A DNA stretch of 64,000 bases from Clostridia bacterium. GTDB taxonomy: Bacteria; Bacillota; Clostridia; Christensenellales; CAG-917. The notes under the pieces were generated by a model, which did no database searches, was not told the DNA's origin, and was given only the letters and a program-made list of their open reading frames with translations. The translations under genes and the position numbers were made by a program. Where the stretch lies: contig JAFZVB010000014.1 of NCBI GenBank assembly GCA_017618055.1, forward strand, positions 71,663 to 135,662, in the 5' to 3' direction. This document shows, one piece after another, positions 9,749 to 18,528 of this stretch; the stretch's first letter is position 1, and every line of letters starts with the position of its first letter.

Positions 9749-10939
9749 TTATAACATAAATTGTCTTTCTCCAGTCAATAATTCCTTCCAAACTGGAGAC
9801 ATTCTTCTCAAATAACATACCACTTGCTCAACTTGTTCTATGATATAGTCTATTTCTTCTTCTGTATTAGATTCGCTCAAACTAAGTCTTAATGAACCGT
9901 GTGCAACCTCATGTGATCTGCCAATTGCCAATAATACGTGGCTTGGATCTAAAGATCCAGATGTACAAGCACTTCCAGAACTTGCACAAATTCCTTTTGC
10001 ATCTAAGAGTAATAAAAGACTTTCTCCTTCAATTCCTTCAAAACAGAAATTGACATTATTTGCAGAACGATTTGTATGTGGTCCATTTAATGCTGAATGT
10101 TCAATTTGAGAGAGTCCTTCTATCAATTTATCTCTTAATATAATCATTTTATGATTATTTTCTTCTAAATGCTCTGTTGCATCTTCAAGTGCAATACTTA
10201 ATCCTACAATACCAGGAATGTTCTCAGTTCCAGCTCTTCTATTCCTTTCTTGAGCACCACCTTCTATTAAATTAGAAAGAAAAATGCCCTTCTTTACATA
10301 TAATGCTCCAACTCCCTTAGGACCATGGAACTTATGTGCAGATAAGGACAACATATCTATATTTTGGTCTTGTACGTCTATTTTTAGGTGGCCAGCAGCT
10401 TGTACAGCATCTGTATGGAATGTAACTCCTTTCTCTCTACAAACCGCACCAATCTCTTTAATTGGCATTATAGTACCAATTTCGTTGTTGGCATACATTA
10501 TTGTGACCAAACAGGTATCGTCTCTTATAGCGTCTTTTACTTGCCCTGGAGTTACAAATCCTTCCTTGTCTACATCTAATAATTGTATGTCAAAACCTTG
10601 CTTTTTAAGTTTATTAAGTGTGTGTAAAACTGCATGGTGTTCTACTTTAGTAGAAATTATGTGTTTTTTGCCTCTTTTTAGGCCTATTTCAGCTGCGCTC
10701 AGTATTGCTTGATTGTCTGATTCAGAACCACCGGATGTAAAATAGATTTCATTAGGATTTGCATTTAAACATCGTGCCACTTTTGCTCGTGCTTCTTCTA
10801 GCACTTCTTTTGCTCTTTGTCCTACAGAATGTAAACTAGATGGGTTACCATACTGTTCATACATATATGGTAGCATCCCATCTATTACTTTCTTGCTTGT
10901 CTGCGTTGTCGCAGCATTGTCTACATAAATTATTCTCAT
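9749..10939 (-). CDS. nifS: cysteine desulfurase NifS
   Basis: 396 aa with the PLP-lysine motif SAHKFHGPKGVG and the active-site loop SSGSACTSG. Confidence 0.9.
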   Translation of the reverse strand: MRIIYVDNAATTQTSKKVIDGMLPYMYEQYGNPSSLHSVGQRAKEVLEEARAKVARCLNANPNEIYFTSGGSESDNQAILSAAEIGLKRGKKHIISTKVEHHAVLHTLNKLKKQGFDIQLLDVDKEGFVTPGQVKDAIRDDTCLVTIMYANNEIGTIMPIKEIGAVCREKGVTFHTDAVQAAGHLKIDVQDQNIDMLSLSAHKFHGPKGVGALYVKKGIFLSNLIEGGAQERNRRAGTENIPGIVGLSIALEDATEHLEENNHKMIILRDKLIEGLSQIEHSALNGPHTNRSANNVNFCFEGIEGESLLLLLDAKGICASSGSACTSGSLDPSHVLLAIGRSHEVAHGSLRLSLSESNTEEEIDYIIEQVEQVVCYLRRMSPVWKELLTGERQFML

Positions 10940-10941
10940 AA

Positions 10942-11874
10942 TTAATCTGCAAATAAAGGCGTAGATAAATATCTGTCTCCTGTGTCTGGTAATAGAACTA
11001 CAATATTCTTACCTTCATTTTCCTTTCTTTGTGCTAGTTTAATTGCTGCATTTAGTGCTGCACCTGAAGATATTCCAACTAAAACACCTTCGCTCTTACC
11101 AAGTTCTTTTCCAGTTGCAAATGCTTCTTCGTTTTCAATAGTTATGATTTCATCATAAATCTTTGTATCTAAAACATCTGGAACAAATCCTGCACCTATT
11201 CCTTGGATCTTATGTGCTCCTGGAACACCTGTAGAAAGAACAGCTGATGTTGCCGGCTCTACTGCAACCACTTTTACATCCTTTTTCTTGGATTTTAAGT
11301 ATTGTCCTACACCTGTAATTGTTCCACCAGTACCTACACCTGCAACAAAAATATCTACTTTTCCATCTGTATCTTCATAAATTTCTGGACCAGTTGTTGC
11401 AAAATGGATTGCTGGGTTTGCTGGATTTACAAATTGTCCTGGAATGAAACTGTTTTCTATCTCTTCTTTGAGTTCATTTGCTTTAGCAATTGCACCTTTC
11501 ATTCCTTTTGAGCCTTCTGTAAGAACTAATTCTGCGCCATATGCTTTCATTAGTTGTCTTCTTTCAACTGACATGGTTTCAGGCATTACTATAATGATTT
11601 TATATCCTTTAGCAGCTGCAACAGATGCAAGTCCTATACCAGTATTTCCAGATGTTGGTTCTATAATTACTGAATTCTTATTCAGTAAACCTTTCTTTTC
11701 TGCATCATCTATCATTGCTTTTGCAATTCTATCTTTTACAGATCCAGCTGGATTAAAATACTCAAGTTTTGCATAGATTTTTGCTTTTAAATCATATTTT
11801 GCTTCTATATGTGTTAATTCAAGTAATGGTGTTTTTCCAATTAGTTGTTCTGCAGATGTATATATTTTACCCAT
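10942..11874 (-). CDS. cysK: cysteine synthase A (O-acetylserine sulfhydrylase)
   Basis: PLP-Lys context GSVKDR and the GTGGT loop. I moved the start to ATG 11874, which is preceded by GGAGG. The track start at 11889 is a TTG. Confidence 0.9.
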   Translation of the reverse strand: MGKIYTSAEQLIGKTPLLELTHIEAKYDLKAKIYAKLEYFNPAGSVKDRIAKAMIDDAEKKGLLNKNSVIIEPTSGNTGIGLASVAAAKGYKIIIVMPETMSVERRQLMKAYGAELVLTEGSKGMKGAIAKANELKEEIENSFIPGQFVNPANPAIHFATTGPEIYEDTDGKVDIFVAGVGTGGTITGVGQYLKSKKKDVKVVAVEPATSAVLSTGVPGAHKIQGIGAGFVPDVLDTKIYDEIITIENEEAFATGKELGKSEGVLVGISSGAALNAAIKLAQRKENEGKNIVVLLPDTGDRYLSTPLFAD

Positions 11875-11889
11875 TTTATTTACCTCCAA

Positions 11890-13173
11890 TTATTTTACTG
11901 CTTCAAATGCTTGTTCCAAGTCTGCGATGATATCATCTATATGCTCTGTGCCTATAGATAATCTTATTGTTGTAGATCTAATTCCAGCTTCTAATAATTC
12001 TTCTTCTGAAGATTGGCTATGTGTTGTGCTTGCTGGATGAATAACTAAAGATTTAACATCTCCTACATTTGCAAGAAGTGAGAATAACTTCAAACTTTCT
12101 GTAAATTTCTTTGCTTTCTCTTTGTCTCCTTTAATATCAAATGTGAAAATAGATGCTGCTCCGTTTGGGAAATATTTGTCATAGATTTCTTTCTTATGTC
12201 CTGTTGCTTGAGATGGATGATTTACTCTTTCAACTTGTGGATGATTCTTTAAGAAATCAACAACTTTTAGTGCATTATATACGTGTCTCTCTAATCTTAG
12301 AGACAAAGTCTCTAGTCCTTGCAAAAGTAAGAATGAATTGAATGGAGAGATTGCTGCACCTTGGTCTCTTAATAAGGTTGTACGAATCTTAATAATGTAT
12401 GCAAGATTTCCAACTGCCTCAGTAAAAATTACTCCATGATATGATGGATTTGGTTTAGTTAATCCTGGGAATTTATCATTTTGTTTCCAGTCAAATTTAC
12501 CAGAATCTATAATAACACCACCCATTACAGTTCCATGTCCACCGATAAACTTTGTAGCGGAATGAACAACAATATCTGCACCATATTCAATTGGTCTTAA
12601 ATAATAAGGTGTTGCAAATGTGTTATCTACTATCAAAGGAATTCCGTGTTTGTGTGCAACTTTAGCAATTGCTTCAATATCTATGGCATCTGAATTAGGA
12701 TTTCCAAGTGTTTCAGCGAAAATAAGCTTTGTATTGTCTTTAATTGCCTTTTCGAAGTTGTTTGGATCATCTGGATTAACAAATGTACACTCAATTCCTT
12801 GTTCTTTTAATGTATTTGCAAATAAATTGTGTGTTCCACCATAAATATTTGTAGATGAAACAATATGATCACCACTTATTGCTATATTTTGTACTGCATA
12901 TGTAATTGCGGAAGAACCAGAAGCTGTAGATAATGCAGCTGCACCTCCTTCAAGTGCCGCTATTCTTTGTTCAAATATATCTGATGTAGGATTCATAAGT
13001 CTTGTATATATGTTTCCACCTTCTGTTAAAGCAAATCTTCCAGCTGCTTGTGCTGAATCCTTAAATACATATGATGTAGTTGCATAAATTGGTACTGCTC
13101 TTGAATCAGTAGCAGAATCTGGTCTCTCTTGACCAACATGAACTTGTAGTGTCTCGAATTTTAGTTGTGACAT
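11890..13173 (-). CDS. metY: O-acetylhomoserine/O-acetylserine sulfhydrylase (Cys/Met-metabolism PLP enzyme)
   Basis: 427 aa with the PLP-lysine motif [10 protein letters not shown] and a typical MetY N-terminus ([10 protein letters not shown]). Confidence 0.85.
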   Translation of the reverse strand: MSQLKFETLQVHVGQERPDSATDSRAVPIYATTSYVFKDSAQAAGRFALTEGGNIYTRLMNPTSDIFEQRIAALEGGAAALSTASGSSAITYAVQNIAISGDHIVSSTNIYGGTHNLFANTLKEQGIECTFVNPDDPNNFEKAIKDNTKLIFAETLGNPNSDAIDIEAIAKVAHKHGIPLIVDNTFATPYYLRPIEYGADIVVHSATKFIGGHGTVMGGVIIDSGKFDWKQNDKFPGLTKPNPSYHGVIFTEAVGNLAYIIKIRTTLLRDQGAAISPFNSFLLLQGLETLSLRLERHVYNALKVVDFLKNHPQVERVNHPSQATGHKKEIYDKYFPNGAASIFTFDIKGDKEKAKKFTESLKLFSLLANVGDVKSLVIHPASTTHSQSSEEELLEAGIRSTTIRLSIGTEHIDDIIADLEQAFEAVK

Positions 13174-13219
13174 ACTTCTTATCTCCTCTTTTTGAGTTTA
13201 TTTTTTTGAATTTTTCTAC

Positions 13220-13249
13220 ATTATATTTTTGTAATACCTAGTTTGTCAA
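13220..13249 (-). promoter_or_regulatory. Candidate sigma-A promoter of metY-cysK-nifS-nifU
   Basis: The minus strand reads TTGACA-N18-TATAAT about 45 nt upstream of the metY ATG. No riboswitch-sized leader is present. Confidence 0.5.
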
Positions 13250-13325
13250 TAGGTTTTATAGGTTTTTAACAAAAAATTTTTTGGATGATACTTTTTCATA
13301 CCATCCAAATTCGAACTCTATATAT

Positions 13326-13757
13326 TTATATATAGTAATCCCCGTTAGAGAATTTCCCTTTATCAATTAAATCCTGAAGAGTTATACCATCCAAATAATT
13401 ATTTATTGTATCTTGGAGTCCTTTCCACAATGGAAGTGTTAAACATTCTGCAGCTCTTGGACATTGAATTGGATTGTTATTTAAGCAAGAAACAGGCGCA
13501 AGACCACCTTCAGTTTCTCTTAATATATCTCCAACTGTATATTTGTCTGGAGTCTTTGCAAGTTTATATCCACCTTGGAACCCTCTATTAGTTTGTAAAA
13601 ATCCTGCTCTAGATAATGTTGGTATAATTTGTTCTAAATATTTTTTAGATATTTCTTGTCTTTCCGCAATGTCTTTAAGTGGTACAAAATCCTCTGTTGA
13701 ATGTTGTGCTAGATCCAACATTAATCTTAATGCATATCTTCCTCTTGTTGATATCAT
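13326..13757 (-). CDS. Rrf2-family transcriptional regulator (IscR/CymR-like)
   Basis: 143 aa with an N-terminal wHTH (MISTRGRYALRLMLDLA) and three clustered Cys (C-x7-C-x5-C in SCLNNNPIQCPRAAEC), as in Fe-S-sensing Rrf2 proteins. Confidence 0.85.
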   Translation of the reverse strand: MISTRGRYALRLMLDLAQHSTEDFVPLKDIAERQEISKKYLEQIIPTLSRAGFLQTNRGFQGGYKLAKTPDKYTVGDILRETEGGLAPVSCLNNNPIQCPRAAECLTLPLWKGLQDTINNYLDGITLQDLIDKGKFSNGDYYI

Positions 13758-13785
13758 AATTCCTCTCCAAATTTTTAATACCCCT

Positions 13786-13815
13786 ATTATATAGTGATTT
13801 ACTAGGTTTTTACAA
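13786..13815 (-). promoter_or_regulatory. Candidate promoter of the rrf2 gene
   Basis: The minus strand reads TTGTAA-N18-TATAAT about 30 nt upstream of the ATG at 13757. Confidence 0.45.
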
Positions 13816-13821
13816 CAAATA

Positions 13822-13858
13822 ATTAAAAAAATGAATCTCTTATTTCTAGAGACTCATT
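13822..13858 (-). terminator. Rho-independent terminator after the HTH-citrate synthase gene
   Basis: The minus strand has an 11-bp stem AAUGAGUCUCU / AGAGAUUCAUU (one G-U) with a 7-nt loop, followed by UUUUUUU. Confidence 0.65.
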
Positions 13859-13888
13859 CTTAATTTATTTATAAATTAAATATTCAAA

Positions 13889-15508
13889 TTATTTTTTTCT
13901 CTTATTCATTGGTACATAAATGTTTCTTGTACCAACGTGAATGTATTGTGGACGAATAATCTTTCCAGCAACTAAGAGCTCTTCCATTCTATGTGCACTC
14001 CATCCAACTACTCTAGATACTGCAAATAATGGAGTAAATAATTCATCTGGTATACCAAGCATTCTATATCCAAATCCACTATAGAAATCTACATTTGGAC
14101 ATACACCCTTATAAATCTTTCTCTTCTTTGCAATGAGTTCTGTTGCGAATGATGCTACATTTGTATAGAGTTTATATTCATCTTCTAAGCCTTTTTCTAT
14201 AGCCAAATTCTTAATATAGTCCTTTAGGACTACTGCTCTTGGATCAGACAAGGTATAAACAGCATGTCCCATACCATAAATAAGACCTTTTCCATCAAAT
14301 GCTTTCCCATCCAATATATCATTAAGATAATTATAAACTTGATCTTCATCTTTCCAATCAGATACATTTTTCTTTAAATCGTCCATCATTTGTACAACCT
14401 TTAAGTTTGCACCACCATGTTTTGGTCCCTTTAATGAACAAAGTGCAGCTGCAATAGCAGAATATGTATCTGTTCCTGTAGATGTTACAACATGAGTTGT
14501 AAATGATGAGTTATTACCGCCACCGTGTTCAGCATGCAATACTAAGTAAGCATCTAATAATTGTGCTTCTGTATCTGTGAATTTTCCGTCTGGTCTTAAT
14601 AAATAAAGAATATTCTCAGCAGCTGAATAATCAGTTCTTGGATTATGAATAATTAAACTTTGATTCTCATTATAATGTATATAAGCTTGATAACTATATA
14701 TAGCAAGCATTGGGAATACAGAAATGAGCTTCAAACTTTGTCTCATTACATTTTCTAATGATATATCATTAGATTTTGTATCATAAGCAGCCAAAGTCAA
14801 AACAGATTTTGCCATAGAATTCATAATATCACTTGTTGGAGACTTCAAAATAACGTCCTTAACAAAGTTACTTGGAAGAGTTCTATAGTTAGTTAATGTC
14901 TTTGTGAATTGATCTAACTCTTGTGATGTTGGCAACTTTCCATTTAATAATACATAACAAGCTTCTTCATATGCTCTATGATGAATTTTGTCTGCATGTC
15001 CAACTAAGTCTTTTACATCAAAACCACGGAAGAATAATTCACCTTCCATTGGATGAATGTTTCCATTTTCTATATATTTACCATTAACTTCTGATATTTT
15101 TGTAAGACCAGCTTTAACACCAATACCACGAATATCTCTTAATCCTTTTTGTACATCATATTTATCAAATAAATATGAATCTATGCTAGAAGCCTCTTCA
15201 AAGTTCTTCTCCATATGAACAACATTGTCCGTAATCTTGTTTTGAGCACGGTTAGACTTTTGGTATGATTCTAATAATGATTCATACATAGCATAACTAT
15301 TTGCGTTGGTTGTTACCAGGAAGTCTACTGTAACATTAAATAAGTCTGCTAAAATAGGTAAAAAGTAAATTTCTGGCAATCCAGATCCTGTTTCCCATTT
15401 AGAAACTGTCTTATCACTAATATTTAATTTTTGTGCTAGTTCTTTCTGTGTCCAGTTATTTTGTTTTCTTAAGAAAGTAATGATTCTACCTAAACTTTCA
15501 GCATTCAT
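13889..15508 (-). CDS. XRE-type HTH domain fused to citrate synthase
   Basis: 539 aa. Residues 1-65 are an HTH_3/XRE domain (LRKQNNWTQKELAQKLNISDKTVSKWETG). The remainder is a complete citrate synthase with catalytic contexts LHAEHGG, GMGHAVY and PNVDFYSG. Confidence 0.85.
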   Translation of the reverse strand: MNAESLGRIITFLRKQNNWTQKELAQKLNISDKTVSKWETGSGLPEIYFLPILADLFNVTVDFLVTTNANSYAMYESLLESYQKSNRAQNKITDNVVHMEKNFEEASSIDSYLFDKYDVQKGLRDIRGIGVKAGLTKISEVNGKYIENGNIHPMEGELFFRGFDVKDLVGHADKIHHRAYEEACYVLLNGKLPTSQELDQFTKTLTNYRTLPSNFVKDVILKSPTSDIMNSMAKSVLTLAAYDTKSNDISLENVMRQSLKLISVFPMLAIYSYQAYIHYNENQSLIIHNPRTDYSAAENILYLLRPDGKFTDTEAQLLDAYLVLHAEHGGGNNSSFTTHVVTSTGTDTYSAIAAALCSLKGPKHGGANLKVVQMMDDLKKNVSDWKDEDQVYNYLNDILDGKAFDGKGLIYGMGHAVYTLSDPRAVVLKDYIKNLAIEKGLEDEYKLYTNVASFATELIAKKRKIYKGVCPNVDFYSGFGYRMLGIPDELFTPLFAVSRVVGWSAHRMEELLVAGKIIRPQYIHVGTRNIYVPMNKRKK

Positions 15509-15527
15509 GGAACTACACTCCTTTATG

Positions 15528-15554
15528 TTATTGTTACTACAACCATAACAATAA
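15528..15554. promoter_or_regulatory. Perfect 9-bp inverted repeat TTATTGTTA-N9-TAACAATAA in the leader of the HTH-citrate synthase gene (operator or 5'UTR hairpin candidate)
   Basis: Read directly from the sequence. It lies 20-45 nt upstream of the ATG at 15508, just 5' of the AAGGAG SD. Confidence 0.35.
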
Positions 15555-15579
15555 AAAAGTGAAATGTAAAGTATTTTAT

Positions 15580-15621
15580 TCTACTAAACACAAATATTTA
15601 ATGATATTTTCTCTACTAAAC
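15580..15621. promoter_or_regulatory. Two direct repeats TCTACTAAAC spaced 32 bp apart, upstream of the HTH-citrate synthase gene
   Basis: Identical 10-mers occur at 15580-15589 and 15612-15621. That spacing is three helical turns. Confidence 0.35.
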
Positions 15622-15634
15622 GTAGATAATTTAA

Positions 15635-17023
15635 TCAGCCTTTAAAACTCTTTTCGATAATATCCGCCATACAACCAGCATCTTTCCAAAGTTCATCGGC
15701 TTTTATGCACCATTTTTCAAATTTCTTTGCTTTCTTTGGGAAAGATTTATAGTGTTTTTTAAGCTTACTTGCTTTTAGCAAGGATTTAATAATGTTACTA
15801 ATCGTAGACTTTCTAATACTACCATTTGCTCTTGCATCTATAATTTGGTTTACAAGATATAGCATTTGTCTAATTGTCATCTTATTAGCAAAAGCATAAT
15901 TCATTTGAGTCATAACAGCCTCATCAAAGACAATATTATGCTTAAATTCGTATTCGTTCTCATCTTTTGTGGCGTCTATTGCCCCTACAAGCGTTGCCAT
16001 GATCTCAGCAAAGTTTGCACCTTGAGTACGAGAATACTTAACATTTATAGGCCATAGAGCGTCTTTAGTTGGATATTTACCATCTTTCATAGCATTTTCA
16101 ACTACATCAGCAGCAATCATACATAAATTCCAGGATGCTGTAACACCCTCGCCACTATAAGGTTTAGTGATTGCAGCACTATCTCCTATACAAAGGAATC
16201 CATCTGATACCAATGAATAAATAGCATGTCTATATGGAGTTGTTCCTTTTTCAATTCTTGGTTCTCCAACTATTTTTGGTAAACGTATTGTATTTTCAAA
16301 ATCTTTATAAACAGATTCTGCATATTCATATGAAAGGTTTGCACCAATACCAATAACAGCGCCCTCTGGATCATCAGAAGGAGCAATCCATGTCTTATAA
16401 TATGGATAAGCTGTAGATGTATTTGGTTTTTCTCTAATAGGATCTTCCAATTTTACATATCTTAAGATTACGTAGAACATATCTCTAGGAGATAAAGGTG
16501 TATTTTCTATACCATAGTCATCTGGCAATGCGCAACGAACTGGAGCGTTAATTCCAGAACAATCTACAACTAATCTACAATAGATTTCTTCTTCGCCTTC
16601 TTCATTTTGAATTTTTACACCACAAATTTTCTTTTCATCATTAAAAATAAATTCTTTGAATGAAGTGTTGAATTCATATTGTACGCCAAAACGTTTAGAC
16701 CATGAATGTAAATGATGGTTAAATCTTTCGAGATTGAATACAGTAAATGGGTACAAAGTCTTCTTTGGATAATGACCATATGCAGATTCACACATAGAAT
16801 ATTCAAAGGATGTAATAAATTCTGGATCTCCTTCACCTAAACGTGGGATACCTGTTTTATCAAAATATACACTATCTACGTGGAAAACAGTTAATCTCTT
16901 TCCAATTTCTTTTTCTGGAAGAGCATCTATTACCAAAGTACTAAATCCTTTCTCTGCCATAAGTTTAGCAAAGAAAGAACCTGCTGTTGCTGCACCTATA
17001 ATTACTATATCAAATTCTCTCAT
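15635..17023 (-). CDS. FAD-dependent oxidoreductase (geranylgeranyl-reductase-like fold) with a K-rich helical C-terminal extension
   Basis: Dinucleotide-binding motif DIVIIGAATAGS at the N-terminus. I place the start at ATG 17023 (MREFDIV...), which has an AGAGG SD. The track start is upstream. Confidence 0.7.
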   Translation of the reverse strand: MREFDIVIIGAATAGSFFAKLMAEKGFSTLVIDALPEKEIGKRLTVFHVDSVYFDKTGIPRLGEGDPEFITSFEYSMCESAYGHYPKKTLYPFTVFNLERFNHHLHSWSKRFGVQYEFNTSFKEFIFNDEKKICGVKIQNEEGEEEIYCRLVVDCSGINAPVRCALPDDYGIENTPLSPRDMFYVILRYVKLEDPIREKPNTSTAYPYYKTWIAPSDDPEGAVIGIGANLSYEYAESVYKDFENTIRLPKIVGEPRIEKGTTPYRHAIYSLVSDGFLCIGDSAAITKPYSGEGVTASWNLCMIAADVVENAMKDGKYPTKDALWPINVKYSRTQGANFAEIMATLVGAIDATKDENEYEFKHNIVFDEAVMTQMNYAFANKMTIRQMLYLVNQIIDARANGSIRKSTISNIIKSLLKASKLKKHYKSFPKKAKKFEKWCIKADELWKDAGCMADIIEKSFKG

Positions 17024-17161
17024 AATTATAACCTCTACAATGTATATTAGATTATAATCTAACCTAACCAATTTTTCAAATACAAGAATGTCCTCTTAAG
17101 TATTTAACAAAATCTTCTAATGTTATAGAAAATTTTTCTAAATCCTATATCATCTTTATTA

Positions 17162-17635
17162 TTATATTATTTCTTCAAACCACTTCTTTAATTCTGCCTC
17201 AGTAATGCTTGCTTTGAATTTCTTTGCAAATAATACTTTCGCCTTTGGGACTATACTTTGCATATTCTTTGCCGCACCATCTATTCCAGAGCCACCAGAA
17301 GTAGCAAAAGGTATAATTGTTTTACCATCAAAATTATATTGATCTAAGAATGTATCTATAATAGAAGGTTCTCTATACCACCAAATTGGGAAACCAATAA
17401 AAATATAGTTATATTTTTTGATATCAGTTTTCTCTTTTATTGCTGGTCTACAGGATTTATCTTTCATTTCAAGTGTACTTCTTGAGTTTTGATCCATCCA
17501 ATTCAAGTCTGCATCCGTATAAAGCTCTTTTGGAACTATTTCAAATAAATCTCCAGCAGTAGCCTTAGCCAATCTCTCTGCAACACCCTTTGTAACACCA
17601 CTGGCACTAAAATATGCAACTAATATATCACTCAT
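17162..17635 (-). CDS. flavodoxin
   Basis: 157 aa with the N-terminal FMN-phosphate loop context ILVAYFSASGVTK and a WW-containing FMN-binding loop. Confidence 0.85.
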   Translation of the reverse strand: MSDILVAYFSASGVTKGVAERLAKATAGDLFEIVPKELYTDADLNWMDQNSRSTLEMKDKSCRPAIKEKTDIKKYNYIFIGFPIWWYREPSIIDTFLDQYNFDGKTIIPFATSGGSGIDGAAKNMQSIVPKAKVLFAKKFKASITEAELKKWFEEII

Positions 17636-17704
17636 AATAAACTCCCTAATAATATTGTTATTTAATTATAAATTAATTGATTTTAAAAAAACAAGAAAAA
17701 GCCT

Positions 17705-17739
17705 ATAAAAAACAGAAAATGCACTATCTCTAGTGCATT
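17705..17739 (-). terminator. Rho-independent terminator after the tRNA operon
   Basis: Perfect 9-bp stem AATGCACTA / TAGTGCATT with a 4-nt loop. On the minus strand it is followed by a U-rich tract (UUCUGUUUUUU). Confidence 0.7.
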
Positions 17740-17740
17740 C

Positions 17741-17826
17741 TGGTGGAGAGGGATGGATTCGGACCATCGAAGTCGAATGACAACAGATTTACAGTCTGCT
17801 CCCTTTGGCCGCTCGGGAACCTCTCC
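17741..17826 (-). tRNA. tRNA-Tyr (GTA)
   Basis: The reverse complement is GGAGAGGTTCCCGAGCGG...GACTGTAAATC...long variable arm...TTCGAATCC...CCTCTCCACCA. The CCA end is encoded. Confidence 0.95.
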
Positions 17827-17834
17827 ATAAAAGT

Positions 17835-17910
17835 TGGAGCTGGTGAACGGAATCGAACCATCAACCTGCTGATTACAAATCAGCTGCTCTGCCTATTGAG
17901 CTACACCAGC
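17835..17910 (-). tRNA. tRNA-Thr (TGT)
   Basis: The reverse complement is GCTGGTGTAGCTCAATAGGCAGAGCAGCTGATTTGTAATCAGCAGG...TTCGATTCC...CACCAGCTCCA. Confidence 0.95.
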
Positions 17911-17936
17911 ATCATTTTTCTTTTTTAGTTTACTTG

Positions 17937-18012
17937 TGGTGCCTTGGGGCGGAGTCGAACCACCGACACAGGGATTTTCAGTCCCTTGCTCTACCTGCTG
18001 AGCTACCAAGGC
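17937..18012 (-). tRNA. tRNA-Phe (GAA)
   Basis: The reverse complement is GCCTTGGTAGCTCAGCAGGTAGAGCAAGGGACTGAAAATCCCTGTG...TTCGACTCC...CCAAGGCACCA. Confidence 0.95.
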
Positions 18013-18059
18013 ATATGTTTTGCGGCAGAAGATTTGTCCTCAACTGCCGCTCACCACTT

Positions 18060-18136
18060 TGGCGACCCGGAGGGGGCTCGAACCCCTGACCTCCAGCGTG
18101 ACAGGCTGGCGTACTAACCAACTGTACTACCGGGCC
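18060..18136 (-). tRNA. tRNA-Asp (GTC)
   Basis: The reverse complement is GGCCCGGTAGTACAGTTGGTTAGTACGCCAGCCTGTCACGCTGGAGG...TTCGAGCCC...CGGGTCGCCA. Confidence 0.95.
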
Positions 18137-18144
18137 AAGATTTT

Positions 18145-18221
18145 TGGTGGGCCTTCACGGACTCGAACCGCGGACCGATCGGTTATGAGCCGACTGCTCT
18201 AACCAACTGAGCTAAAGGCCC
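18145..18221 (-). tRNA. tRNA with CAT anticodon, body resembles tRNA-Ile2 (lysidine) more than initiator or elongator Met
   Basis: The reverse complement is GGGCCTTTAGCTCAGTTGGTTAGAGCAGTCGGCTCATAACCGATCGG...TTCGAGTCC...AAGGCCCACCA. The choice between Ile2 and Met cannot be settled by eye. Confidence 0.85.
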
Positions 18222-18246
18222 TCACAAGTAGCATATCGCTTTCTTT

Positions 18247-18322
18247 TGGTCGGGGCGACTGGACTTGAACCAGCGGCCTCATGGTCCCAAACCACGCGCG
18301 CTACCAACTGCGCCACACCCCG
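18247..18322 (-). tRNA. tRNA-Pro (TGG)
   Basis: The reverse complement is CGGGGTGTGGCGCAGTTGGTAGCGCGCGTGGTTTGGGACCATGAGG...TTCAAGTCC...CCCCGACCA. Confidence 0.95.
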
Positions 18323-18350
18323 TTACTCATAAGATTGCGCAACGTGTTAT

Positions 18351-18379
18351 AGTTTACATTATTACATTTTTATTGTCAA
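18351..18379 (-). promoter_or_regulatory. Candidate promoter of the six-tRNA operon
   Basis: The minus strand reads TTGACA-N17-TAAACT about 25 nt upstream of the tRNA-Pro 5' end. Confidence 0.55.
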
Positions 18380-18528
18380 CAACTTTATTTTTCATTTTAA
18401 TTATTTTTCTAAAATAATAATGACTTCTCTATTTTTTTAAAATTTTTGCTATTTAATACTTTAGTATTATTTACATTTTGCGAAAAGTTATATATAATAT
18501 TTCTAGTATTTAGTGGAGATGGCATTTT

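Noticed and set aside
16615-16836. 73-aa minus-strand ORF nested inside the FAD-oxidoreductase gene
   Set aside because: It is an alternative frame of a well-supported 462-aa CDS, and it has no SD or independent evidence.
17743-18202. ORF-track entries 17743-17928 and 18020-18202 on the plus strand
   Set aside because: They lie entirely on the antisense of the tRNA-Tyr/Thr and tRNA-Asp/CAT genes and start with GTG or TTG. They are artefacts of GC-rich tRNA sequence.
18470-18515. Possible difSL-like site (ACATTTTGCGAAAAGTTATATATAATATTTCTAG) immediately upstream of the XerS-like recombinase
   Set aside because: It resembles the streptococcal difSL sequence as I recall it (TTTTCCGAAAA...ATTTTCT). 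However, the central region is several bp longer. The sequence is equally well explained as the recombinase promoter (TTTACA-N17-TATAAT). There is also no switch in gene orientation here, as would be expected at a replication terminus.
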